DNA of 64,000 nucleotides, from the NCBI GenBank assembly GCA_965235115.1, contig OZ249436.1, positions 31,808,001 to 31,872,000 of the forward strand, given 5' to 3'. The notes under the pieces are model-generated. The model ran no database searches, was not told where the DNA came from, and saw nothing but the letters and a program-made list of their open reading frames with translations. This DNA comes from Laetmonice hystrix. Lineage: Eukaryota. This document shows positions 51,883 to 64,000 of the stretch, piece by piece; within the stretch, counting starts at the first letter, position 1; every line of letters begins with the position of its first letter. The translations under genes and the position numbers were made by a program.

Positions 51883-53926
51883 CACAGGAACGGCCGAGTG
51901 TGTGATACGGGATTCTGTATTAGACGAGGCGGCAAGCGCGGAGTAATATCAGCACGAGTGCGAAGCACGAGTGCGAAGCACGAGTGCTGATGTGAATCTC
52001 CGCGCTTGCCGCCGAGTCTGATACAGAATCCCGTTATCACACACGAGTTTGTTCCTGTATTTATTATACCTTTTTCATAAATTAATTAATGGTAATATAT
52101 TTAAGTTGGATTAATTGTTTCTAACTTAGTGAAAATGCGCTGTATTGGCGACTATTTTATGTGACGCCGGGACATAACTATGACGATGAATTATGACGTA
52201 GGTCATTTTGACGACATCGGTCATGGTAACAATTCAACAAACGGATTGTGACGTCAGGTAACAGTCGAACAAATGAATTGTGACGTAGCTATTAAAACAC
52301 GCACTCTCCGTTCATTGGTGGAAAAAATGAGGTCGGGCCATATCTGGGTCAGTAAACAGTGGTGATACAGGAATTCAAGTAGGCCAAACACGAGTCACAT
52401 GGTACAAATGCCGGATGTCTATTGGTACAAAACTTGGTCGAACTATTTTTAGGTCAGTGGACAGGGGTAATACAGATTTTTTTATCACACTCGTAGCTCA
52501 GCCAATCAGCGCTCGTTATTTCGTGCAAAGCTATAATAAATACACAGGAACGACCGAGTGTGTGATACGGGATTCTGTATCAGACGAGGCGGCAAGCGCG
52601 GAGTAATATCAGCACGAGTGCGAAGCACGAGTGCTGATGTGAATCTCCGCGCTTGCCGCCGAGTCTGATACAGAATCCCGTTATGACACACGAGTTTGTT
52701 CCTGTATTTATTATACCTTTTTCATAAATTAATTAATGGTAATATATTTAAGTTGGATTAATTGTTTCTAACTTAGTGAAAATGCGCTCTATTGGCGACT
52801 ATTTTATGTGACGCCGGGACATAACTATGACGATGAATTATGACGCAGGTCATTTTGACGACATCGTTCATGGTAACAATTCAACAAAGGGATTGTGACG
52901 TAAGGTAACAGTGGAACAAATGAATTGTGACGTAGCTATTAAAACACGCACTCTCCGTTCATTGGTGGACAAATGAGGTCGAACGATATCTGGGTCAGTA
53001 AACAGTGGTGATACAGGATTTAAAGTAGGCCAAATACGAGTCACATGGTACAAATGCCGGATGTCTATTGGTACAAAACTGGGTCGAACTATTTTTAGGT
53101 CAGTGGACAGGGGTAATACAGATTTTTTTATCACACTCGTAGCTCAGCCAATCAGCGCTCGTTATTTCGTGCAAAGGTATAATAAATACACAGGAACGAC
53201 CGAGTGTGTGATACGGGATTCTGTATCAGACGAGGCGGCAAGCGCGGAGTAATATCAGCACGAGTGCGAAGCACGAGTGCTGATGTAAATCTCCGCGCTT
53301 GCCGCCGAGTCTGATACAGAATCCCGTTATCACACCCGAGTTTGTTCCTGTATTTATTATACCTTTTTCATAACTTAATTAATGGTAATATATTTAAGTT
53401 GGATTAATTGTTTCTAACTTAGTGAAAATGCGCTCTATTGGCGACTATTTTATGTGACGCCGGGACATAACTATGACGATGAATTATGACGCATGTCATT
53501 TCGACGACATCGTTCATGGTAACAATTCAACAAAGGGATTGTGACGTAAGGTAACAGTGGAACAAATGAATTGTGACGTAGCTATTAAAACACGCACTCT
53601 CCGTTCATTGGTGGACAAATGAGGTCGAACGATATCTGGGTCAGTAAACAGTGGTGATACAGGATTTAAAGTAGGCCAAATACGAGTCACATGGTACAAA
53701 TGCCGGATGTCTATTGGTACAAAACTGGGTCGAACTATTTTTAGGTCAGTGGACAGGGCATTCTCCTACCGCAGCGCCATCTCTCTTCATTCAAAGCGCA
53801 AGCGACGCGCAAGCGCAGTATCGCCGGAAGTAGTCAGAGTGTGGACAGGGGTAATACAGATTTTTTTATCACACTCGTAGCTCAGCCAATCAGCGCTCGT
53901 TATTTCGTGCAAAGGTATAATAAATA
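51883..53926 (+). mobile_element. Three head-to-tail copies (~646-bp unit) of a palindromic, TIR-less, Crypton-like non-autonomous element
   Basis: Units start at 51883, 52543 and 53189. Each has a long hairpin centred on GCACGAGTGCGAAGCACGAGTGC and ends (G/C)TATAATAAATA. No TSD or TIR. Confidence 0.7.
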
Positions 53927-54053
53927 TAGAGAGCCATCACTGCAGTGTTTGCTCCAGTATGACTCCAGTCAATACATGTAGACAGCCCTCACTGTAGAGT
54001 TTGCTCGAGCAAACACTACAGTGGGGGCTGCCAACATGGAATGACAGGCCTTA

Positions 54054-54264
54054 AGTGCTGAACCCACCAAGGCGATTCCCCTTGCGACGGCCATGCGATT
54101 TTTGATTTAATGGTGGAATTTCACTCGGAAATTTTTCTTGGCTGGCCTTCTCCGTTTCAGGAAATGGGTTCCATCCTTTAATCTCAAAATTACAGTAAAA
54201 TAAAAGTGTGATGTCAAAATCGCATGGGCGTCGCAAGGGGAATCGCCTTGGTGGGTTCAGCACT
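54054..54264. mobile_element. PIF/Harbinger (Tourist-like) MITE
   Basis: ~45-bp TIR AGTGCTGAACCCACCAAGGCGATTCCCCTTGCGACG; TTA TSD inside a satellite monomer (ggcc-TTA-tactcgag). Confidence 0.88.
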
Positions 54265-54997
54265 TTATACTCGAGCAAACACTACAGTGCCCACTGAAGA
54301 AGAACGCAATGACATTCATTGGAAAAATGTCAAGTTGGCACACACACTCTCAACTTCTCAAAGCAGACAGAAACGTGGAGATGCTACAAAACCTGCTACA
54401 TGTATATCTGTACACATAGACCATATTTATTAATGTCACCTGATTTCATGTTTCCATGCCTTTATTGTCCAGGAGGCAGGCGATACGTTTGGTCGACCAT
54501 TTACTCCCATCTAATCTGTTTCCCCTACAGACCGTCTCGGAGCGTCAGACCACGTTGTCAGGTAGTCCCAATGGCAATTTGCCCTAAAGGTTTAATTAAC
54601 AATTGCAAATGAAATGGCCGTACGGCTTTTCTACATCAGATATCCCATATAGGCCTAACGTTTACAGAGATGTTGCAGGCAAACGCCGGCGTGCTGTACT
54701 GAAGCGGCACCCCCGACTCCCTACATGTATATCTGTAGTAAAGTAAAGACTGTACTGATAAAGACCAGATTGCATTGTCACTCATGCATGAGATGAGAGA
54801 GTGCCTCAATGGAGAAAAAAGACTGCCAGGGTTTAATACAAACGAGATGCAATGTATTCTTACAAGTATTTGTACAGAGTAGTGAGTTGGTTTCATACTT
54901 AAGGTATTTATATTGACTAGTCATTAAGTTTTTCAACACTCTATTCCGTTACCATACCGTGTATTGTAATGTGAATGAATAAAATGATTTATATATA

Positions 54998-57840
54998 TTG
55001 ACTGGCCTTATGACGCCTCACTGTAGTGTTTCCTCAAGTATAAGGCCATACAGTACATGTTGGGAGCCCTCACCTTAGTGTTTGCTCGAGTATAAGGCCA
55101 GTCAATACATGTAGGGAGTCCTCACTGTTTCCTTCCGTCTAAGCTCATTCAATACATGTAGAGAGCCCTCACTGTAGTGTTTGGTCGAGCAAACACTACA
55201 GTGAGGGCTGCCAACATGGAATGACCAGTCTTATACTCGAGCAAACTCTGCAGTGAGGGTTCTCTACATGTATGGGCTGGCCTTATTGTCGATCAAACAC
55301 TACAGTGAGGGTTCTCTCTATGTAATGACTGGCCTTGGGCTGGAGCAAACAGTACAGTAAGGGCTCCCTACATGTATTGAGTGGCCTTATACTTGCGGAA
55401 ACACTACAGTGAGGCGTCATAAGCGATAAGGCCAGGCAATACATGTAGGGAGTCGGAGGTGCCGCTTCAGTAGATGCCCCTCGATTATACCTTTCATTTC
55501 CGCTACTTGCACCCTCCCCCGCGATTAAGATGTAAATTTTTGGCTTAGCATTGCAGAACCCTATATCTCCGCGAAGCTCCGAAGCAGGTGTCTGCGGCAG
55601 CCCGGCCAGGTATACGTGGTGATTTCATCAGAAGCCGGAAGGTGGCAGTGGTCGGCGGCTCGGCCAGGTATACGTGCCGTGGTGATTGCAAACACTAGCA
55701 AACACTACAGTGAGGGCTGCCCACATGGACTGCCTGGCCTTATACTCGAGCAGACACCACAGTGAGGGCTCCCAACATGTACTGCCTGGCCTTATACTCG
55801 AGCAAACACTTCAGGGAGGGCTCCCCACATGTATTGACTGGCCTTATACTCGAGCAAACACTACAGTGAGGGCTCTCTACATGTAATGGCTGGCCTTAGA
55901 CTGGAGCAAACACTAAAGTGAGGGCCTCCTACATGTATTGACTGGCCTCAGAATGGAGTAAACACGACAGTGAGGACCTCCTACGTGTACTGGCTGGCCT
56001 TAGACTGGAGCAGACACTACAGTGAGGGTTATCTAGATGTATTGACAGTGAAGGCTGCCCACATAGACTGACTGGCCCTATACTCGATCAAACACTAGAG
56101 TGAGGGTGCCCTACATGTAGTGGCTAGCCTGAGACTGAAACAAACACTACAGTGAGGGCTACCCAGATATACTGACTGGCCTTATAGTCGAGCAGACACT
56201 ACAGTGAGGGCTCTCCACATAATATTGACTGGCCTTAGACTGGAGCAAACACTACAGTGAGAGCCGCCCACATGGACTGCCTGGCCTTATACTTGAGCAG
56301 ACACTACTGTGAGGGCTCCCTACATGTATTGACTGTCCTTGGACTGGAGCAAACAATACAGTGAGGGATCTCTACTTGTATTGACTAGCCTTATTGTCGA
56401 GTAAACATGGAAATGTTGGTATAAAACCTGCTATTTCTGTACACATGCACCATATTTATTAATGTCACCTGATTTCATGTTTCCATGCCTTTATTGTCCA
56501 GGAGGCAGGCGATACGTTTGGTCGACCATTTACTCCCATCTAATCTGTTTCCCCTACAGACCGTCTGTAATCGTCCGATCACGTTGTAAAGGAGTCCCAA
56601 TGGCAATGTGTCGTAAAGGTTTAATCATTAACAATGGCAAATGAAATGGTCGGACGGCTTTTCCACATACACATATGATTTCCCATCCCCAAGTATAACG
56701 TTTACAGAGATGTTTCAGGCAAACGCCGCCGTGCTGTACTGAAGCGGCACCTCCGACTGCACTGCCACCTTCCGCCTTCCAATGCAATCACCACGGCACG
56801 TATACCTGGCCGAGCCGCCGACCACTGCCACCTTCCGGCTTCTGATGAAATCACCACGTATACCTGGCCGGGCTACCGCAGACACCTGCTTCGGAGCTTC
56901 GCGGAGATATAGGGTTCTGCAATGCATGACAAGCCTTATACTCGAGCAAACACTGCAGTGAGGGTTCTCTACATGTATTGGCTGGCCTTATTGCCGTGCA
57001 AACAACTACAGTGAGGGTTTCCTCCATGTAATGACTGGCCTTGGGCTGGAGCAAACACTATAGTAAGGGCTCCCTACATGTATTGAGTGGCCATATACTC
57101 AAGCAAACACTACAGTGAGGGTTCCCAACATGTACTGTCTGGCCTTATACTCGAGAAAACACTACAGTGGGGGCTCTCTACATGTAATGGCTGGCCTTAG
57201 ACTAGCTGGAGCAAACACTAAAGTGAGGGCCTCCTACATGTATTGACTGGCCTCAGAATGGAGTAAACACGACAGTGAGGACCTCCTACGCGTGTATTGG
57301 CTGGCTTTAGACTAGAGCAGACAGTGAGGGTTATCTATAGATGTATTGACAGTGAGGGCTGCCCACATAGACTGACTGGCCCTATACTCGATCAAACACT
57401 AGAGTGAGGGTGCCCTACATGTATTGGCTAGCCTGAGAATGAAACAAACACTACAGTGAGGGCTACCCAGATATACTGACTGGCCTTATAGTCGATCAGA
57501 CACTACAGTGAGGGCCCTCTACATATATTGACTGGCCTTAGACTGGAGCAAACACTACAGTGAGGGCTGCCCACATGGACTGCCTGGCCTTATACTCGAG
57601 CAGACACTACTGTGAGGGCTCCCTACATGTATTGACTGTCCTTGGACTGGAGCAAACACTACAGTAAGGGCTCCCTACATGTCTTGAGTGGCCTTATACT
57701 CGAGCAAACACTACAGTCAGGGCTCCCAACATGTACTGCCTGGCCTTATACTCGAGCAAACACTACAGGGAGGGCGTCCCACATGTACTGACTGGCCTTA
57801 TACGCGAGCCAACACTACAGTGAGGGCTCTCTACATACAA
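54998..57840. repeat. 52-bp minisatellite arrays in both orientations, with outliers at 51745-51880 and 53927-54290
   Basis: Unit ggccttatactcgagcaaacactacagtgagggctccctacatgtattgact, e.g. starts at 55736 and 55788. Confidence 0.92.
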
Positions 57841-59365
57841 GGCCGGGCTGCCGCGGACACCTGCTGCGGCGCTTCGCGGATATAGGATTCTGCAATGCTA
57901 AGCCAAAAATTTGCATTTTAATCCGGGGGGGGGGGGGTGCAAGTAGTGGAAATGAAAGGTATAGCCAAGGGGCATCTACTGTTAAACTTTGGGGAAGATA
58001 CTCAAATAGGAAGTATACATTTCACAACCATTTATCTATATATAGCGAATGTACGCGTGACGGAAAAGATTTACAGTTATTTTCAATACTTTCAAGAAGC
58101 ACATGATATTTATAGAATGCCAACACATGGAAGTAGACACATTACATGGTTTTGATGTAGAAATACTTCAGTGTCCCTTAAAAGACTGAGTGCTCTCTTT
58201 TCTATGAGCGAACGTACGTGACCGAGACTAGGCGAAAATTCCAGTAGCGAATTACAATACCATGATATGCATACAAACACTGCAATAATGACGTAACATT
58301 ATGTCACACAGATGCATTTAGCGTTTTAAATCATTCCCTGGCCAGTACAAGCATAGGCTACTTGTGCCCACTGAAGAAGGCAGCAATATGACATTCATAG
58401 GAAAAATGTCAAGTTGGCACACACTCTCAGCTTCTCAAAGCAGACAGAAACGTGGGGATGTTGGTATAAAACCTGCTATTTCTGTACACACAGGCCTATT
58501 TATTAATGTTACCTGATTTCATGTTTCCATGCCTTTACTGTCCAGGAGGCAGGCGATACGTTTGGTCGACCATTTACTCCCATCTAATCTGTTTCCCCTA
58601 TAGACCGTTTCTAATCGTTCGACCATGTTGTAAATGTAGTCCCAATGGTAATTTGCCGTAAAGGTTTAATAATTAACAATGGCAAATGAAATGGTCGGAC
58701 GCCTTTTCCACATCAGATATTCAGTATTGGCTTATTTTATGTCTATTATAGACCCCAAAAAAAGGGTTCTTTATAGAACCCCATCGTTCTTTTAAGAACC
58801 TGGTGTTTGAACTTCCCGGAAGAACTTTAAATAAAGGTTCCCTGTTGGAGAGAACCTTTGACGATTCCACGCTGAACCTTTCTCAGGGTTCCATAATAGT
58901 CGAGTAGCCGCCCTTACCATTTCTAGGCCTACCTGGAAATCCTGTTAAATTAGGCCTAATAAGTCATTCTCATGGAAGATCATGAACAAATTTGTTTTTT
59001 TCTCTGTTATTTCATCTTTTTGGCATAGACTAATGCGTAATGATGCAAGTTTGATATGCCTAGGCCTAGGTAACCTATTTCAAACTAAAACTTTTCATAA
59101 TTAGGCCTATTCATAGAGCACATAGGGCATGGGTGGTCTGGGGGAATTAGGCCTAGATCTACTCTTTGGCCTAATTGCAAAATCGAGAGGGGGCACCTGT
59201 GGGGGCACCAACCTTGACGGGGGGGGGGGGGCACGTGCACCCCAAGCCCCCCCCCCCCCCCCCCCCCCTGGCTACGCCACTGCCGGGGCTAACCTGCCTG
59301 CATGTCGCCGCCTTTCCGGCAGGCGAAGCCGACTTGAAAATTCTGTTTTGCTGAAATATTTAGCC

Positions 59366-59556
59366 CAGGCCCGTACCCAGGATTGGCCTGGGGGGGGGGG
59401 GGGGGTCCATCTTTTGTATTCAGTTCGTGGGGCCTACAGCCGTAGCCTGAGCCTGGGTAACGTTAGGTGCGAGGCCCCCTCCCTCCGGGGGGGGGGGGGG
59501 GGGTCCGGAACCCCTGGAACCCCCCCCCCTGCCTCAGTGGTCTGGGTACGGGCCTG
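59366..59556. mobile_element. CAG..CTG MITE with 5-bp TSD TAGCC
   Basis: CAGGCCCGTACCCAG / CTGGGTACGGGCCTG, TAGCC on both sides. Confidence 0.82.
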
Positions 59557-60197
59557 TAGCCTCTACTCTATAGTCTAATGTGAAATGTAACGTGGAACTC
59601 GGTATTAAATTAATTCGGCAAGCTTGCTTTGTGGATGATCGTGTATAGCCTATAGGCCTATTTAAAAAAAAACGCCCCTGATTTAGGCCTAGATTTTATC
59701 TGTATAGGCTAGTCTAAACTATAGCAGGCTCGACACCAACTAAGCGAGAGCGGGTCATCAGCTGATCAGGCAAGCAAGGTCGTTGAAGGTGGGCGGCCTA
59801 CGACTACTACGAGTACGACTGCGTCGAGTGGTCTGAAATTGTGATTAGCGAGCTGTATCGGTTCCATGGGCCCTAGACCTAATCATGCTACTCGTTCACA
59901 CTAAATAAATTTACGCTTAGATTCGGAATATGACTGCATGATACTGGTCAGTCATGTAGATTTCCCACCCGATACTCGCGATGGGTTTCTTTTAGGCCGC
60001 GTGTCGGCCTATCATAGCCTATGTTGCAAGTCGGTCTCATTAGCACAGTCTCGGTTAGTAAACTGCAACATTGTTACAGTGTGTGTTTGGGGGGACGAAA
60101 CCCGTTACGATCAACGCGGCATTTTGTCGTCCGCGCATCTGTGACACAGACACATGGATGGCGTAGACCTACGTCTTTGTGGATATTATACATAACA

Positions 60198-62717
60198 ATG
60201 GGAGACTCGATGAAAAGGTTCCCGGAGAAGTTGTGGGACGCCGTAAACGACACAGATAAAGGCGACTTGATCTCTTGGAATGCAGACGGAACTGCTATAA
60301 TCGTAGATGAGCATCGTTTCGAAGCAGAGGTGATGCATGTTTATCCAGGGTTGGTGCAGATACCTTCTTTCCCGAACTTTCGCCGCCAGTTACGCGAGTA
60401 CAGCTTCGGATGGAAATCGGAAAAAAGCCCAGTGACATCTCAATTTTGTTTTTATCATGAAAACTTCAGACGTGGCTACGTGGAACTGTTGTCACACGTG
60501 TTAACCAGACGTAAAGCAACCAAAGCCGCAAGAGAATTGGATGGTTCAGACGATGGGCATCAACAACAACGTCATGTGGATAAATCTACGTCGTCGTTTC
60601 TGAAAAACAAGTCAAACTACTCAAAGGATGGCGGAAGTTGTCGGGCAAACGTTCGCGTGATGAGAGGGAAGATCGCTAAGTTTGGCAAGGGACGAAACAG
60701 TCGGCGAAATCGGGTGGAAACTAGGAAGTTACTGACTGAAATCATTACTAACAGATACATGATGTCTGAGGCACACGACGAGGGTCCCGATGGTTGTAGT
60801 GGTCACTACCATCCCGATTTTCTCTACCACCTCGGCCTGGGTCTGCATCACGGCCGGCCGCACGTTCACGGACCGGCGCCGGGCGGGGAGGCGGTCCTCG
60901 TGCCAACGTCGACGGAGGATTTTGCCAGGTTGTATCCCGACGCTTTTTGCAGCGCCCATGGCCATGTCACTGCCGGTGGCGATTTGTCATGTGCCTTCTC
61001 TGCTCCAACTTTTGTCAATAGCCAAGGACAAGGTGTTCATGAAAGTCCAAGATACGCCAATCTGCCGCCAATCGGTGCCCTGCAGTACCAGTTTACGGGT
61101 TGCGGTCACCATGGGCAGCCTCACGCCCAGCCTGTGCCCATGATTCCCAGCAGTAACAGCCACATGCAGGTGCAGCCCCATGGAAACTACAAGTACACGG
61201 CAGCAGTCCATGGCAGTCAGCAAGGTTCCCAGTATCCACGTGGTCCTTCCACGTCACCAGTCTCTCACAGTTCACCAGGGATGACGGGTGGCAGCAGCAG
61301 CACCACCAGTGTATCCTCACCACTGCCCAGCCAGATTTCAACCACCCCTCTGGCTGGACACCTCCCACATTTCCCATCACACCCTCTCATGGCATGGTGT
61401 TCCCCCTCCACATCCTCTGACGGCTCTGGGCCATGTATTTCTGGATGTTTGTGTCATCTCTTGAGCCAAACAGAGCAGATCTTTAGCCCATCGCAGATGC
61501 ACCTGCCAGGTGGAAATTCAGATTTACCTAGCCCAAATACCCCTACTTTGAGGGCTGTGTTCCAAGACCCAGCTTTTGGATTAAGTGATGGTCAAGTAGC
61601 AGCAATGCATGAATTTCAATCCACCGAGTACCATGCAGGTCACTATATAGATCAACCCTTTGTGGAAGTTTCAAATGGTGTGGGTAATATTGTCCCAATC
61701 ACAGGTAACCACTTTCAGGAGTATTCAACAACAGTAAGCACCGCAATGCCTTGTCATATAACTGATGCAGTTGACATGCCAATGGCACTGCAAGTGGCCC
61801 AGGAAGTCAGTGTCTCTTCTAATGATTCAGAAGGGTTGGAGACAAGACGACTTTCTAACAGTCAATCCGGATCCAGGGGGGACAACCAGAATATAGATTT
61901 TGAGCAGAATTTTTATCTCACAACAGAGCAGAATATCAATATGATGGATGCTGAGACTGGACATTTGATACCAATGAGGAGGCAAGTTGAAGAACATTGT
62001 TCTGAAAGTTCATTAAACCTGCATTCCAGTAATGCTGCAATAACAGCAAAAGGTACATCAGCTTCTTCTGTAGAGGGTACAGGCCAGGCATGCCTCCATG
62101 ATGCGGGATCTCCAACCAGCTCTACTGACAGCACCCTTTGCATACCGTTAATAGATTCAGAACTACCATCAACACCATTCAAGCCAGATGAAGACGATGT
62201 TTCACCTGAAAAACAAAGTCCTGTTAAAATTGTGAACCGCCCAGTTGTTGTAATGCCAGTGAACCAAGACCTGGATGGATCATACTTTACAGATGCAGAC
62301 CAGTTTTCTGAAGGTGTGTCAATTACGAAATTTGGGCTTGATGATAGTGGTTCTGAATTTAGTGACAGTGAATACGAACTAAAGGAATGTGACCTGACGG
62401 GGGAAGAGTATGATGATGCCGCAGACATCATGAGTGTGATCAGTGCAGAAACAGATAGTGTCGCACCAGCAGGCGAACCTAAGCCAAATTGTGTAACAGA
62501 GAGCAACCAGCCAGCTGTTGCTGTTGAAGCAGAAGGCACTGCTACAGAAACTGATAAATATGAATGTGACAGTAAGCTGAAGGTTAAAGAGGAAAAGACC
62601 AAGGAACCTGCTGTGGATTTACCTGCAAATGGTCAAAGTGGCATCAAATCAGTGAATTCTGTTTTAGATACAAAATATCAGTATAAATGTACAGGAGAGG
62701 AGAGCAAGACCTCATAA
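60198..62717 (+). CDS. Intronless protein with divergent HSF-type DNA-binding domain (HSF5/HSFY-like) and a long disordered His/Ser-rich then acidic tail
   Basis: RFPEKLWDAVN..ISWNADGTAIIV..FEAEVM..NFRRQLREYSF..FYHENFRRG..LLSHV. The ORF is open from 60021; ATG 60198 (aca-ATG-g) just before the domain is preferred. Confidence 0.85.
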   Translation: MGDSMKRFPEKLWDAVNDTDKGDLISWNADGTAIIVDEHRFEAEVMHVYPGLVQIPSFPNFRRQLREYSFGWKSEKSPVTSQFCFYHENFRRGYVELLSHVLTRRKATKAARELDGSDDGHQQQRHVDKSTSSFLKNKSNYSKDGGSCRANVRVMRGKIAKFGKGRNSRRNRVETRKLLTEIITNRYMMSEAHDEGPDGCSGHYHPDFLYHLGLGLHHGRPHVHGPAPGGEAVLVPTSTEDFARLYPDAFCSAHGHVTAGGDLSCAFSAPTFVNSQGQGVHESPRYANLPPIGALQYQFTGCGHHGQPHAQPVPMIPSSNSHMQVQPHGNYKYTAAVHGSQQGSQYPRGPSTSPVSHSSPGMTGGSSSTTSVSSPLPSQISTTPLAGHLPHFPSHPLMAWCSPSTSSDGSGPCISGCLCHLLSQTEQIFSPSQMHLPGGNSDLPSPNTPTLRAVFQDPAFGLSDGQVAAMHEFQSTEYHAGHYIDQPFVEVSNGVGNIVPITGNHFQEYSTTVSTAMPCHITDAVDMPMALQVAQEVSVSSNDSEGLETRRLSNSQSGSRGDNQNIDFEQNFYLTTEQNINMMDAETGHLIPMRRQVEEHCSESSLNLHSSNAAITAKGTSASSVEGTGQACLHDAGSPTSSTDSTLCIPLIDSELPSTPFKPDEDDVSPEKQSPVKIVNRPVVVMPVNQDLDGSYFTDADQFSEGVSITKFGLDDSGSEFSDSEYELKECDLTGEEYDDAADIMSVISAETDSVAPAGEPKPNCVTESNQPAVAVEAEGTATETDKYECDSKLKVKEEKTKEPAVDLPANGQSGIKSVNSVLDTKYQYKCTGEESKTS

Positions 62718-64000
62718 AGGTGTACTTGAGCCAAGTTATGAGACAGGCTGAGATTTTTGGTGTTATTGTATTGTTGGAATTCAAGAATCGTTCTTATCAG
62801 GTTGTGCACAGATTGCTTAGTCAACATCCAATGACCAAGTATGTCAAGACAAAATGTTCCTAACAACAATCATGGTATCAATGAGTCCTTAACTTTAGAC
62901 GGTTTTTGACAGATCACTCGAGATTATAATTGAGAAAGGAAAAGTAATATCAGATCATAAAATTAAATGAGATGTGGGCTTTCTAACATGTTCTGGAGCC
63001 ATGAGGAGCTTAATGCTAAATCTCAGAGATGAACTGCCATTCCCCTTTTCTTTCTTTTTTTCAGATCAAAAATGCTGTGTTGGAAACCGTGTAGCCTTTT
63101 GGTGTTACTGGTTGCCTTTTGATGTTGATTAAGATGGCCATGGCAAACATTTTACAGTGTGCCAAGATTACTGCTAACATCACTATGAAACTATGAAAAT
63201 TGGAAGATAAACAGATCATGTCTTTGATTGATTGATATCCCCATACTTTCCAGTATTGTAATCAGTAATTCTGTGTATTGTAATAACCTTTTATTACGGC
63301 AGATGAAGAACAAAATAATGTATTATGATGCAAACTGTGTGAATCAGGTAAATGTACATAGTTGTATAAGATTTTTTACATTAATCTCATAGATTCTTGA
63401 TTGAGGGCAAATATGAAAGCCAAGACTTTAAAAAATTATATGTCAGGAAAATAGAATTACCAGAAATGGAACATTTAATAGAATTATGTGTACTGGTACA
63501 CACCCTGATTATTTGGTCGCTTAACTTCCCATCCGAATGAAGTCATTCTGGTAAACCAAGTTAGAAGCGTTCTAAAAAGTGAAACGGGAACAAAGATGAT
63601 GGCGATAAATGTGTTGAAGTATTAATTATTAAGTAAACTGTGACTCAGTTTTTCGAAACTATTATACTACTTTGGTTTCATGTTTATAACAGTTTTTTCT
63701 TAGAATTAAAGATTAAATGTGTTTCACAACATTTGTCTTGTTCTAAGTTCAATAACTTTCAGTAATTTTGCGTATATATACCCTCTTTTTCTGGAATCAG
63801 CCTTCAATTTTCTCTAAAAAGCCTAAAAATGATGATTTAATTATTTTGTTACACAATTCCTGAAATGTTATACAGAAATCCTCAAAATTCATAAGTACAT
63901 CACTCAGTTGGTTTCAAGATTAATCTGCCAACTGCTACGCTTTTGTCACGTTGTGCCCTCAGCCCTCCAATATTATTATGTAAAACGGCTATTTACCGTA

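Noticed and set aside
52415..53699. Repeated short ORFs (MSIGTKLGRT.., MIKKSVLP..)
   Set aside because: By-products of the tandem non-coding element.
54998..57840. CRISPR-like array
   Set aside because: Whole 52-bp units repeat with no unique spacers; eukaryotic context; no cas genes.
59129..59578. 149-aa Gly/Pro-rich ORF
   Set aside because: Spans G/C-tract MITEs; no coding signal.
59996..60197. HSF ORF as another alternative terminal exon of gene 2
   Set aside because: The best acceptor (59995) has the wrong phase and hits TAG at 60015; only weak phase-1 AGs remain, and a CpG-rich promoter-like region lies upstream. Not fully excluded without RNA data.
61913..62602. 229-aa minus-strand ORF
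   Set aside because: Antisense shadow of the HSF-like CDS.

Overview
Eukaryotic, AT-rich invertebrate genomic DNA; probably a lophotrochozoan such as an annelid (inference from the gene-2 N-terminal domain). Three + strand genes, with exons assembled by hand from splice signals and reading phase. (1) ~0.1-23.8 kb: a multi-exon DAZAP1/Hrp48-type two-RRM protein ending in GFHPYRR. It has a tandemly duplicated, probably mutually exclusive RNP2 exon and several candidate microexons. (2) ~34.3-48.4 kb: a transcription-factor-like locus. One shared exon encoding a non-BTB N-terminal domain is phase-compatible with at least five alternative 3' ends: a Crypton tyrosine-recombinase-derived (DUF3504-like) module and four different C2H2 zinc-finger exons. 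This resembles the lola/mod(mdg4) architecture. (3) ~60.2-62.7 kb: an intronless ORF with a divergent HSF-type DNA-binding domain. Between the genes are nested DNA transposons (mariner containing Sola2-like and Kolobok-like inserts), several MITEs, a 52-bp satellite mosaic, a duplicated tRNA-like unit and a head-to-tail trimer of a palindromic Crypton-like element integrated through a short ATA core. All splicing models are predictions that need RNA evidence.
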